DNA from: Candidatus Bipolaricaulia bacterium
GTDB taxonomy: Bacteria > Bipolaricaulota > Bipolaricaulia > RBG-16-55-9
DNA: 64,000 bases
Direction: 5' to 3'
NCBI GenBank assembly: GCA_042219045.1
Contig: JBDGQO010000033.1
Location: forward strand, 28,167 to 92,166
Notes under the pieces: generated by a model
Database searches by the model: none
Told to the model about the DNA's origin: nothing
What the model saw: only the letters and a program-made list of their open reading frames with translations
Shown: piece by piece, positions 19,304 to 27,979 of the stretch
Position numbering within the stretch: position 1 is the stretch's first letter
Layout of the letters: every line of letters begins with the position of its first letter
Program-made: the position numbers and the translations under genes

Positions 19304-19918
19304 TCAGCTCAGGCGCTCGCCCGCTTCGACCTCAAGCGGCAAGGTGTTCTCCGGCGGCGCAAGCGGGCATACCCAGTCGCGGCTGTAGGCGCATGAGGGA
19401 TGATAGGCAAAGTTGAAGTCGAGGACGAGCGAGTCGGCGTCCCCGCCGAGATCGGCACCCTTAATCGTGTCGAGGAGATAGCGTCCGCCTCCGTAGGTCG
19501 TCCGTCCATTGGTGTGATCCTTGAAGGGCAGAAAAAGCCCGCCGCCATAGCCGGCAATCCAGAACAACCCCAGCTGGGCTTCATGGTGTCCAATGGGCAC
19601 ACTGACCTTGCCGATGCGCGTCAGCCGGAGCATCCCCTCCGGAAGCTCGATATCACGGGTCTCGCCATCGGCGGGCTCGATGACGAGTCCGGTCATCCGC
19701 CAGTTCGGGTCGTAGGGATAATAGGGAAGGCCCGCGAACGGTTGGGGTAGCTCAGCCGTCAACGGCGAACTCGGGTGGTCTCGGACCAGGCGGTCGCGCT
19801 GCTCGCGGAAATGCCGCCATGCCCGTTCGGGATCTTGGGCGGCGATCGAACGGACTTCGGCGTAGAGATCCGCTATGGCGCGACGCCAGTCAGCCAAGTT
19901 GAGGCCCGCAGATGGCAT
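19304..19918 (-). CDS. DUF1684 family protein
   Basis: 204 aa. GLPYYPYDPNWR, FKDHTNGRTTYGGGRYL motifs recalled for DUF1684. Function unknown. Confidence 0.55.
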   Translation of the reverse strand: MPSAGLNLADWRRAIADLYAEVRSIAAQDPERAWRHFREQRDRLVRDHPSSPLTAELPQPFAGLPYYPYDPNWRMTGLVIEPADGETRDIELPEGMLRLTRIGKVSVPIGHHEAQLGLFWIAGYGGGLFLPFKDHTNGRTTYGGGRYLLDTIKGADLGGDADSLVLDFNFAYHPSCAYSRDWVCPLAPPENTLPLEVEAGERLS

Positions 19919-19937
19919 AACCGAGTCGCTCCCCGAG

Positions 19938-22511
19938 TTAAAGCTTGCCCTTGAGACGGTGGAGGAGATTGAGCGCCTCGATCGGCGTCAACGTGTCGAT
20001 GTCGGTGTCCCTGAGCTCGTCGACGACCGGATGGGGCTCGCTGCCGAACAGCGATGGCTGTTTGATGACCTTCGGCTCGGTCGGCTTGCTCCCCTCAATC
20101 GCTTCCAAGGGATTTCCCTGAAGGATCTGGTTCAGCACGTTGCTCGCCGTGTCGATGACCTCATCCGGGAGGCCCGCCAGCTTGGCGACATGGATGCCGT
20201 AGCTGCCTTCCGCCTCGCCGCGCTGGACCTGGTGCAGAAAGATGACGTCGTCGCCGTGGTCTTGGACGAGCACCGTCATGTTGACGACGCCGGGGAGCTT
20301 GTTGGCCAGAAGCGTCAATTCGTGATAGTGCGTCGCAAACAGCGTCTTCGCGCCGATCCGCGACACGAGATGTTCGGCCACGGCCCAGGCGATGGAGACG
20401 CCGTCGAACGTGCTCGTGCCGCGTCCCATCTCGTCCAGGATGACGAGGCTGTCCTCGGTGGCGTTGTTGAGAATCTGGGCCGCCTCGATCATCTCCACCA
20501 TGAACGTGGAGTAGCCGAACGCCAGCATGTCGGTGGCGCCGACGCGCGTGAAGACCTTATCGACAATGGGCAGCTGAGCGCGCTCGGCAGGAACGAATGC
20601 GCCCATTTGCGCCATGAGGCAGATGAGCGCGGTCTGGCGGAGGTAGGTGCTCTTGCCGCTCATGTTCGGGCCCGTCAGCACGGCCAGCGTCTCATCCGGC
20701 GCCATCTCGAGGTCGTTCGGCACAAAGGGCTCGTCGGTCTGGAGGGTCTCCACCACGGGATGCCGGCCATCCGTGATCTCGATCGTGCGCCCAGGCGCAA
20801 ACGTAGGCCGGGTGTAGCCGCGTCTTTTGGCGACCTCCGCCAGGGACGCATAGACGTCGAGCTCGGCGATGTGCGCGGCAAGGCCCTGCAGTTCGCGGAC
20901 GTGCTCTGCTGCTCGGTCTCGAAGCTGGCCGAACAGCTCGTATTCGAGCTTTTGGGCCCGCTCTTGAGCGGAGAGGATCTTCTCTTCGTGCTCTTTCAGC
21001 TCCGGGGTGACGTAGCGCTCGGCGGATTTGAGCGACTGCTTGCGCGTGTAGCGCGCCGGCACCCGATCGGCATGGGTGCGGGTCACCTCGATGTAGTAGC
21101 CGAAGACGGAGTTGTAGCCGACCTTGAGCGACGGAATCCCGGTCGCTTCCTGTTCGTCGCTTTCCAGGTCGAGAATCTTCTGTTTGCGCTCGCGCTCGCG
21201 AGCCTTGACGTCGTCGAGGTCCGCGGAGAATCCGTCTTGGATGATGCCGCCCTCTTTCAGCGTGAACGGGGCGTCCTCGCGCAGCGCCCGTTGGAACTCG
21301 TCGACCAAGGCGTCCAGCTCGAGCTGATCCAGGTCGGTTGCGATCTCGGACAAGCGGGCCGTGTCGTGGTCCTCGCGGAGCTGATCCAATTGTTGCCGCA
21401 GCACAGGCAGGTGAGCGAGGGACTGCTTCAGCGACAGCAGGTCACGGGGCGTCGCGCGGCCGGCGCCGAGTTTGCCGGCCAGCCGCTGGACGTCGTGGAT
21501 GCCAGCTAGGATATCCCGGAGGTCGGAGCGGGCCAGCTCCTCGGTGTGGAAGAGCTCGACCATGTCGAGGCGCCGTTCGATCTCAGTCCCATCCAGCAAC
21601 GGACTGAGAACCCACGAGCGGAGGCAGCGTTCGCCCATCCCCGTCGCGGTGTCGTTCAGCACGGATAGCAAGGTGTGTTGTTCTCCGCCCGTGCGGAGCT
21701 CGCGGACGAGCTCGAGGTTGCGCTGCGTAAAGGGATCGAGCCCCATGACGTTCGACGTGGCGTAAGCGGTCGGCTGCTTCAGGTGGCTCAGCCCCGCTTT
21801 CTGCGTCTCCTGCAGATAGTGGAGCAGGCCGCCCGCGGCTCGACCCGCCAGGGGACTCAGCCCCAGTCCGTCGAGCGAGACGAGCCCGAAATGGCCCGTA
21901 ATGTGGTCGCCGCGAAACCGCCGTGGATCGATCGTCGTGCGTGCCTGATGGCCGTCCGGATCGAGCGCGAGGTCGTCGTCGGCCAACTCGTCCTCGGGGA
22001 GGATGAGCTCGGTCGGTTGCAGACGAGCCAGTTCCGATTTGGCATCGTGAACGTCGCCCAGCTCGGTGGCGTGAAACTCGCCCGTCGACACGTCCGCCAC
22101 GGCCAGTCCGACGCGTCCCTTATCTACCACGAGCGCGGCGATGTGGTTCTGTTTGCCCCGGTCGAGGGCATCCTCGTCCAGAACCGTCCCAGGCGTCACG
22201 ACGCGGACGACGTCCCGTTCGACGGGGCCTTTGGCCTCGTCCGGGTCCTGGACTTGATCGCAGATTGCGACCTTATGGCCGCGCCGCAACAGGCGGTTCA
22301 GATAGAGATGGGCTTTTTTGATGGGGACCCCCGCCATCGGTTGGCCTTCGCGCTGGGTGAGCGCGATGTCGAGCTCGCGGGCGCAGATCTCGGCGTCCTC
22401 GTAGAACGTTTCGTAGAAGTCGCCCAGCTGGAAGAAGAGAATGACGTCGGGGTGTTGGGCCTTCATGCGGAAGTACTGCTGCATCATGGGCGTCGATTTC
22501 GCCTGAGCCAT
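19938..22511 (-). CDS. mutS: DNA mismatch repair protein MutS
   Basis: Trimmed from the 1090-aa ORF to ATG at 22511 (MAQAKSTPMMQQYF...), giving 857 aa. Walker A GPNMSGKSTYLRQ, canonical C-terminus. The upstream 230 codons are an ORF-track artefact. Confidence 0.93.
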   Translation of the reverse strand: MAQAKSTPMMQQYFRMKAQHPDVILFFQLGDFYETFYEDAEICARELDIALTQREGQPMAGVPIKKAHLYLNRLLRRGHKVAICDQVQDPDEAKGPVERDVVRVVTPGTVLDEDALDRGKQNHIAALVVDKGRVGLAVADVSTGEFHATELGDVHDAKSELARLQPTELILPEDELADDDLALDPDGHQARTTIDPRRFRGDHITGHFGLVSLDGLGLSPLAGRAAGGLLHYLQETQKAGLSHLKQPTAYATSNVMGLDPFTQRNLELVRELRTGGEQHTLLSVLNDTATGMGERCLRSWVLSPLLDGTEIERRLDMVELFHTEELARSDLRDILAGIHDVQRLAGKLGAGRATPRDLLSLKQSLAHLPVLRQQLDQLREDHDTARLSEIATDLDQLELDALVDEFQRALREDAPFTLKEGGIIQDGFSADLDDVKARERERKQKILDLESDEQEATGIPSLKVGYNSVFGYYIEVTRTHADRVPARYTRKQSLKSAERYVTPELKEHEEKILSAQERAQKLEYELFGQLRDRAAEHVRELQGLAAHIAELDVYASLAEVAKRRGYTRPTFAPGRTIEITDGRHPVVETLQTDEPFVPNDLEMAPDETLAVLTGPNMSGKSTYLRQTALICLMAQMGAFVPAERAQLPIVDKVFTRVGATDMLAFGYSTFMVEMIEAAQILNNATEDSLVILDEMGRGTSTFDGVSIAWAVAEHLVSRIGAKTLFATHYHELTLLANKLPGVVNMTVLVQDHGDDVIFLHQVQRGEAEGSYGIHVAKLAGLPDEVIDTASNVLNQILQGNPLEAIEGSKPTEPKVIKQPSLFGSEPHPVVDELRDTDIDTLTPIEALNLLHRLKGKL

Positions 22512-22601
22512 AGCTGGTCTCATGATAGACGGCAGAAGCGACGTCGCCAACGACGCGCGGGAGTTGCAACGGGCCCTTCCAGTTGCTACAAGCGGGGGAC
22601 C

Positions 22602-23366
22602 ATGGTCACGCGCCCCGGGCAGCGATTCTCCGTTGTCGAGCCGATTCGGGAGATCAACAAGATCAAGGTCGTCGACAACGGCGAGCCGCTCGTGGGCATC
22701 GCCGATCGGTGTCCGGACATGCGGTTGCAACAGGAACCGAACGACCTCGGCATTCCGCCGCTGCCGTACCTGCGCGAGACCGTGGTCGAAATGTTGCTCG
22801 ACGCCCGGCGGCTGCTGCCGGATAGGCATGACTTCTTCGTCACGAGTGCCTACCGCGCGCCCGAGCACCAGGCGGCCATCTATGAGTGGGTCTACGAGAA
22901 GTTCAAAACGGACAATCCGCATTGGCCAAAGAACATCCTGCGTCGGGAAACCAACCGCTACGTCCATCCGCCCGATATCCCGACGCCGCCCGGCCATTCC
23001 ACAGGGGGCGCGGTCGATCTGACCATCCTCGATCCGAATGGCGAGGAGCTCGACATGGTCTCGCCCTACGACGGGGATCGCGACGTCCGCCGGCACGTCG
23101 CTGCCACCTATGACGACAAGATCTCCGAGCGAGCTCGGCGGAATCGGGATCTGCTGATCCGGGTGATGAGCGGAGCCGGCTTCACCAACTACGCTGGGGA
23201 ATGGTGGCACTGGTCCTATGGCGACAGCTGTTGGGCCTGGCGGCTAGGGAAGGCCACGGCCATCTACGACAAGGTCGAACCGACGGATGAGATTCGCGCG
23301 CTCATCGACTTCTTCGAGGCGCAGCGCGAATCGTCGTCAGCTGTGACGGAAGACGACGCTGAGTGA
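22602..23366 (+). CDS. D-alanyl-D-alanine dipeptidase (VanX/DdpX-like, peptidase M15D)
   Basis: Trimmed to ATG 22602 (MVTRPGQRF...). Zn ligand motifs SAYRAPEHQ, HSTGGAVDL, EWWHWSYGD. The upstream part of the 563-aa ORF is antisense mutS. Confidence 0.8.
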   Translation: MVTRPGQRFSVVEPIREINKIKVVDNGEPLVGIADRCPDMRLQQEPNDLGIPPLPYLRETVVEMLLDARRLLPDRHDFFVTSAYRAPEHQAAIYEWVYEKFKTDNPHWPKNILRRETNRYVHPPDIPTPPGHSTGGAVDLTILDPNGEELDMVSPYDGDRDVRRHVAATYDDKISERARRNRDLLIRVMSGAGFTNYAGEWWHWSYGDSCWAWRLGKATAIYDKVEPTDEIRALIDFFEAQRESSSAVTEDDAE

Positions 23367-23624
23367 GCGCTTGAGCCGTTCCGCGGCGTCGTCGTCCCCC
23401 TCGCTGTCGTCGTCGGTGGCGCTCGGGATGGCGGCTTCGACGTAGGCGTTCAGCATATCCAGCGTCAGCGTCGAGACCGACGATCGGACCGCGGCCAACT
23501 GGGTAAGCACCTCGTCGCCGGCCTCGCCCCGTTCGACCATGCCGGCAACGCCGCGGACCTGGCCCTCAAGGCGATGGAGCCAACGGACAAATTCCTGGCG
23601 GTCTTCGTCCTGCAGTTCGTCCAA
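23337..23624 (-). CDS. CsoR/RcnR/FrmR-family (DUF156) transcriptional repressor lacking Cys/His ligand residues
   Basis: 95 aa. RLHRLEGQVRGVAGMVERGEAGDEVLTQLAAVRSSVSTLTLDMLNAYVEAAI matches the family helix pattern but has no Cys at all. TTG start with AGGAGG SD 7 nt upstream. Confidence 0.7.
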   Translation of the reverse strand: MDELQDEDRQEFVRWLHRLEGQVRGVAGMVERGEAGDEVLTQLAAVRSSVSTLTLDMLNAYVEAAIPSATDDDSEGDDDAAERLKRSLSVVFRHS

Positions 23625-23675
23625 TGCCCGACCTCCTTGTTCGCGCTCAACCCGACCGGGTCTGAACGGACTGGG

Positions 23676-24113
23676 TCAGAGCTCGCGCCCGAACAGGCCA
23701 CGCTCCAGTGCCAGCGAGCCCGGCCCGGCGAGCACCAGCACGACGCCCATCATGAACAGCGTCAGATCGAGATCCCAGAACCCCGTCAGCCCCAGGAAAT
23801 CGTTGCCGTTGGCCAGTCCGGCCGGCAGCTTCACCGTCAGGGTGGACACGACCATGACGATCGCCAGAACGGCCCCGGCATAGCGCGTCAGAATCCCCAA
23901 CAGCACCGCGACGCCGCCGAGCAGCTCCGCGTAGGCGGCCAGCGGGGCCATGATCTCGGGCAGCGGAATGTTGAACTGGTTGGCGAAGGCGTTCGTGTAG
24001 CCCTCCAGGCCGCTCACGTGGCGCCAGCCGTAGATGATGAAGATGAGGCCCATGGACAGGCGCGCGAGCAGTAACGCCCAATCATGCCGATCTTGGATGA
24101 GCCGAGCGAGCAT
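23676..24113 (-). CDS. DoxX family membrane protein
   Basis: Trimmed to ATG 24113 (MLARLIQDRHDW...), 145 aa, 4 TM. AAGGAGG SD 5 nt upstream. Confidence 0.75.
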   Translation of the reverse strand: MLARLIQDRHDWALLLARLSMGLIFIIYGWRHVSGLEGYTNAFANQFNIPLPEIMAPLAAYAELLGGVAVLLGILTRYAGAVLAIVMVVSTLTVKLPAGLANGNDFLGLTGFWDLDLTLFMMGVVLVLAGPGSLALERGLFGREL

Positions 24114-24234
24114 CAGGCCTCCTTTTGATGTCCTGAGACGATTTTTGTGGCGTGATCGACGCCTTAGGGCGCCCTTGGTCCACAAGGGCGCCCCATCAAC
24201 GCGTCGAACGCGTCAGCGGCGCCGACCGACGAGC

Positions 24235-24573
24235 TCAGGCGCTCGCCGCGTTCAGATGCGCTTCTAGCTGCTCCTTGAGCTGGCCTTTGGCGAGGAAACC
24301 GACGATGCGGTCGGCCTCGTCGCCGTCCTTGAACAGGACCATCGTCGGGATGCTCTGCACGCCGTACTGCATGCTGAGCTCGTTGTTCTGGTCGACGTCC
24401 AGCTTGGCGACCTTGAGTTGGTCGCCGAACTCGTCGGCCAGCTCCTCGATGACGGGCGCAAGTGCCTTGCAGGGGCCGCACCAGTCCGCGTAGAAGTCGA
24501 CGAGCACGGGCGTGTCGGCGTCCAAGACTTCTTGCTGGAAGTTGTCGGCGTTCACGTAGGTCAAATTGGCCAT
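24235..24573 (-). CDS. trxA: Thioredoxin
   Basis: 112 aa, WCGPCK active site, AGGAGGG SD. Confidence 0.92.
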   Translation of the reverse strand: MANLTYVNADNFQQEVLDADTPVLVDFYADWCGPCKALAPVIEELADEFGDQLKVAKLDVDQNNELSMQYGVQSIPTMVLFKDGDEADRIVGFLAKGQLKEQLEAHLNAASA

Positions 24574-24779
24574 GTTGTTCCCTCCTGTCGTTGTTCATCG
24601 GTTGATGATGGGTCTCAGGGTACCCAAGCGACGATAAAGCGTCCAACCCTGCGACGCGTCCATGACAGCAGATGAGGGCGAGACGTGCTGTAAGGCGCCT
24701 TACACGAAGGCCGGCTGATCGTTATCATGGCCCAACACTGGTGGATTGGGAAGCTTTGTGTCCATAAACAGGAGGCCAG

Positions 24780-25472
24780 ATGTCGGACAGCGGACGGTTC
24801 TGGTGCGTTCAAGAGTTCAGCCTAGCCGAGGCGCTTGACGCGCGCCAGCAGGGCGAGCTCGACGCGTTCATGCAGCACGTGCATTACGAAAAGGGCGAGA
24901 CGATCTACTTCCCCGGTGATCCCAGTGGTACCGTCTACACGCTCCACAACGGCCGCGTGCGGCTCGACTACCTCGACGAGAGCGGCAAACGCCTGACGTT
25001 CGCCATCGTGGGTCCCGGCCAAGTGTTCGGAGAGACGGCGTTGGCGGGCGAAGAGCGGCGTCGCTGGATCGCCGAGGCCATGGAGGATACGACGCTCTGC
25101 ATCGTCCACAAGAACGACTTGATGCGTTTCGCCGAAGCGAATCCCCGGTTCGCCATGACGATCACCAAGCTGATCGGCTCCCGACTGGTCGAGGTCGAGA
25201 ACAAGCTGGAAAACCTGCTCTTCCGCGGTGTGCGGGCCCGCTTGGCCAATACGCTCCTAGCGTTGGCGGAAGAGTACGGCACCGAGACCGACGAGGGCGT
25301 GCACATCCAACTGGGACTGACGCACCAGGAGCTGGCCCACCTGATCGGCTCCACGCGGGAGACCACGTCAGCGACGCTTGGTGATCTGGAAGACGAGAGC
25401 TTGATTGAAAAACGCCGGGACGGAATTGTTCTGTCGGACATGGAAGGGATTCGCGGCCTGGCCGAAGCGTGA
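24780..25472 (+). CDS. Crp/Fnr-family transcriptional regulator (cNMP-binding plus HTH)
   Basis: 230 aa. Beta-roll cNMP domain, C-terminal HTH ...LIGSTRETTSATLGDL (RE start of recognition helix, CRP-like). Confidence 0.85.
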   Translation: MSDSGRFWCVQEFSLAEALDARQQGELDAFMQHVHYEKGETIYFPGDPSGTVYTLHNGRVRLDYLDESGKRLTFAIVGPGQVFGETALAGEERRRWIAEAMEDTTLCIVHKNDLMRFAEANPRFAMTITKLIGSRLVEVENKLENLLFRGVRARLANTLLALAEEYGTETDEGVHIQLGLTHQELAHLIGSTRETTSATLGDLEDESLIEKRRDGIVLSDMEGIRGLAEA

Positions 25473-25586
25473 CGGCGATTACAGATCGTCCGCGGCTCAT
25501 CCCTTAGCCATGGGATAGCTTGCTAGATGCGACGCGACCTCCGTAGGCCAAGGAAACTGGACGTGAGGCGGCTCCGTTGGTTCGGG

Positions 25587-25629
25587 GCCGCCCTTCGTCT
25601 CTCCCAAGCCGAAGGGCGGCTGGTTTCTT
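25587..25629 (+). terminator. Rho-independent terminator after crp-family gene
   Basis: 11-bp stem GCCGCCCTTCG/CGAAGGGCGGC, 12-nt loop, followed by TGGTTTCTT U-tract. Confidence 0.55.
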
Positions 25630-25656
25630 GACCGACTTGCAGCCATTGCCTAGAAT
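25628..25656 (+). promoter_or_regulatory. sigma70-like promoter TTGACC-17-TAGAAT upstream of lgt
   Basis: Hexamers 25628-25633 and 25651-25656, exact 17-nt spacer. About 105-nt leader to ATG 25769. Confidence 0.4.
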
Positions 25657-25768
25657 AACCCGTTCTATTGGCGAAATGGACCTCAGGGCACGGCTTCAAT
25701 ATCCGCTGCAGCATCCGAGCAGGCTCGTCGCACCCTCCCTGGGGAATCGATAAGGGGGCGTTTGCGCC

Positions 25769-26599
25769 ATGGACCCAGTCATCGTCGAAATTGGGCCGCT
25801 TGCCATCCGCTGGTATGGGCTCATGTACGTCGTTGCCATCGTCGTCGGCATCGTGCTCATCACCCGCGAGATCCGACGTCGCGGGCTCAATTTGACCCTG
25901 GACGACGTTCTGGACTTCGTCTTGATCACCGTGCCCTTGGCCATCATCGGGGCCCGGCTCTACTACGTGGCATTCCAATGGCAGTATTACGGGCAAAACC
26001 TGGCCGACATTTACAAGATCTGGCAAGGCGGCTTGGCGATCCATGGCGGCCTCATCGCCGGCGTCGTCGGGCTGTTGATCTTCGCCAAGTGGAAAAAGGT
26101 CTCGTTCTGGACCTTCGCCGACGTCGTGGCTCCGCCGCTCGTGTTGGGCCAGGCATTCGGGCGCTTCGGCAACTTCATGAACGGCGATGCCTACGGCATT
26201 CCGACCAATTCGATCTTCGGGGTCGTCTTCCCCGACAACACGCCCGCGGGCCAAGCCTATCCCGAGATGCACATCCATCCGACGATGCTGTACGAACTGG
26301 TCGGCTGCTTGATCATCTTCGGCGTGCTCTTTTGGCTCCAGCGCCAACCGTTCAAGGCCGGCTTTATCACGTCCGTGTACGCCATCAGTTACTCCGTGTT
26401 GCGCTTCATCGTGGAGTTCTATCGCGGCGATGCTCTCTGTCTCACCGGCGGCACCAACTGCATCACCGGAGCCGACACGTTCGTGGAGTCGCTCAAGACG
26501 GCCCAAGTGATCAGCGTGCTCATCGTGCTCGTCTTCGTCACGCTGATGATCTTCAAGGAGCTCTACCGGCGCAGCGACACCGAGCCCTCCGAAACTTAG
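25769..26599 (+). CDS. lgt: Prolipoprotein diacylglyceryl transferase
   Basis: 276 aa multi-TM. MDPVIVEIGPLAIRWYGLMYVVAI..., conserved G-rich and H/Y motifs. Confidence 0.9.
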   Translation: MDPVIVEIGPLAIRWYGLMYVVAIVVGIVLITREIRRRGLNLTLDDVLDFVLITVPLAIIGARLYYVAFQWQYYGQNLADIYKIWQGGLAIHGGLIAGVVGLLIFAKWKKVSFWTFADVVAPPLVLGQAFGRFGNFMNGDAYGIPTNSIFGVVFPDNTPAGQAYPEMHIHPTMLYELVGCLIIFGVLFWLQRQPFKAGFITSVYAISYSVLRFIVEFYRGDALCLTGGTNCITGADTFVESLKTAQVISVLIVLVFVTLMIFKELYRRSDTEPSET

Positions 26600-26646
26600 G
26601 CGTTCGTCCGTCGGTCGGCGCGTCGAGGGCCGACGCCCCGCCCAAC

Positions 26647-27372
26647 TCAAGACATCTCGAAGCGCTCGCCGAGGTAGAACCGTCGAGCTCGCGGATCCTC
26701 GGTGATGCTATCGGGTGGGCCTTCCCAGAACACCTGGCCGGCCTGGATGAGATAGACGTAGTCGGTCACGCGCAGCGTCTCGCGGACGTTGTGATCCGTC
26801 ACGACGACGCCGAGCCCGTCGGATTTCAGTTCCTCGATCAGTTCCTGAAGTTCCTCGATGGAGAGCGGGTCGATGCCCGTAAACGGCTCGTCGAGGAGCA
26901 GATACTGGGGGTCGGCCGCCAAAGCGCGGGCGATCTCCACGCGGCGGCGCTCGCCCGAGGAGAGCGTGTCAGCGCGCTGGCGGCGCAGCCGCACGATGCC
27001 CAATTTCTGTAGGAGCTCATCGACGCGCGCCTGGCGGTCCGATCGCCGAACGCCGTGTCCCTGCAGGACGATCTGGAGGTTGTCCGTGACCGACAGCTTG
27101 CGGAAGATGGACGCCTCCTGGGGCAAGTAATGGAGCCCGGCCCGCGCGCGCCGATGGAAGGGCCAATGGGTGATGGGCTCACCGTCGAGCGTGATCTGCC
27201 CGGAGACGGGGGCAACGAGGCCCGTCATGCAATGGAACGTTGTTGTCTTGCCCGCGCCGTTCGGGCCGAGCAGGCCGATCACCTGCTGCGGCTCGACCCG
27301 GAGCGTGACGTCGTCGACGATGCGACGCGCGCCGTAGCTTTTGTGCAGGTTCTCGGCTTCCAGGGTCGGCAT
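26647..27372 (-). CDS. lptB: LPS-export ABC ATPase LptB-like
   Basis: Walker A GPNGAGKTT, signature LSSGERRRVEIARAL, Walker B LLLDEP, H-loop. 241 aa. Confidence 0.85.
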   Translation of the reverse strand: MPTLEAENLHKSYGARRIVDDVTLRVEPQQVIGLLGPNGAGKTTTFHCMTGLVAPVSGQITLDGEPITHWPFHRRARAGLHYLPQEASIFRKLSVTDNLQIVLQGHGVRRSDRQARVDELLQKLGIVRLRRQRADTLSSGERRRVEIARALAADPQYLLLDEPFTGIDPLSIEELQELIEELKSDGLGVVVTDHNVRETLRVTDYVYLIQAGQVFWEGPPDSITEDPRARRFYLGERFEMS

Positions 27373-27373
27373 C

Positions 27374-27979
27374 TCAGCGTCCGCCCTCCAATTGGACCTC
27401 GAGCGACGCGCTCTGCATCGTCAGGCTCTCCGACTGCAGGTCGTAGCTGAACCCGATGCCGCGCATGGAGAGGTCATCCCGCTGGATGCGGACGCCCGTC
27501 TCGCCCGTGATGCGACGCTGCTCGGCGTTCCAGCGGGCCCGGTCGGTCTCGAACGTCAGGCTGTCGGGCCCCTCACCGCGAACGTCGCCCTGCAGCCGGA
27601 GGTTCCGCGTCCGATGCTCGACGACGAGTCGATCCGCCCGGACCGTCAGCGCGACCGTCTGACGGTTGCCGGTGGCGGCCGCGTCCATGAAGCGCACGCG
27701 GACGTTGCGGGCGCGGCTCCGGTCACGTCCGCGCTTGTAGCTCATCTTGCCCACGTCCATGGTCCAGACAAGCCGGCCCGACGGGTCGTGGTGCGTGAGC
27801 GTCCCTTGCTGGATGGCAATCGCTGGGCCGTCGGATGGCTCGGCCGAACTGGACGACGGGTCGGTGCTTCCGCACCCGCTGGCGATGACGGCGAGCAGCG
27901 CCAGCGTCAGGAGGAGCGGGCCGCCACGTCGTCTGGATCGGGCGCGCTGGAAGTCGGTTGGCCGCTTTGGTGCAGGCAT
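27374..27979 (-). CDS. OstA-N/LptC-LptA-like protein, predicted lipoprotein
   Basis: Trimmed to ATG 27979: MPAPKRP...[21 protein letters not shown] lipobox, then beta-jellyroll-like OstA_N region. Immediately upstream of lptB. Overlaps pyrG 3' end. Confidence 0.55.
   Translation of the reverse strand: MPAPKRPTDFQRARSRRRGGPLLLTLALLAVIASGCGSTDPSSSSAEPSDGPAIAIQQGTLTHHDPSGRLVWTMDVGKMSYKRGRDRSRARNVRVRFMDAAATGNRQTVALTVRADRLVVEHRTRNLRLQGDVRGEGPDSLTFETDRARWNAEQRRITGETGVRIQRDDLSMRGIGFSYDLQSESLTMQSASLEVQLEGGR

Noticed and set aside
19875-21765. 544-aa plus-strand ORF and neighbours antisense to mutS
   Set aside because: Low-complexity Arg/Ala/Val-rich translation with no motifs. mutS on the opposite strand is canonical.
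22512-23210. N-terminal 233 codons of the 1090-aa mutS ORF, and the 21675-22601 part of the 563-aa ORF
   Set aside because: MutS homology begins at MAQAKSTPMMQQYF (ATG 22511). The VanX-like protein begins at ATG 22602. The extensions are read-through of stop-poor GC-rich DNA.
25762-27012. 416-aa plus-strand ORF
   Set aside because: Out-of-frame shadow of lgt continuing antisense through lptB. Arg/His-rich nonsense.
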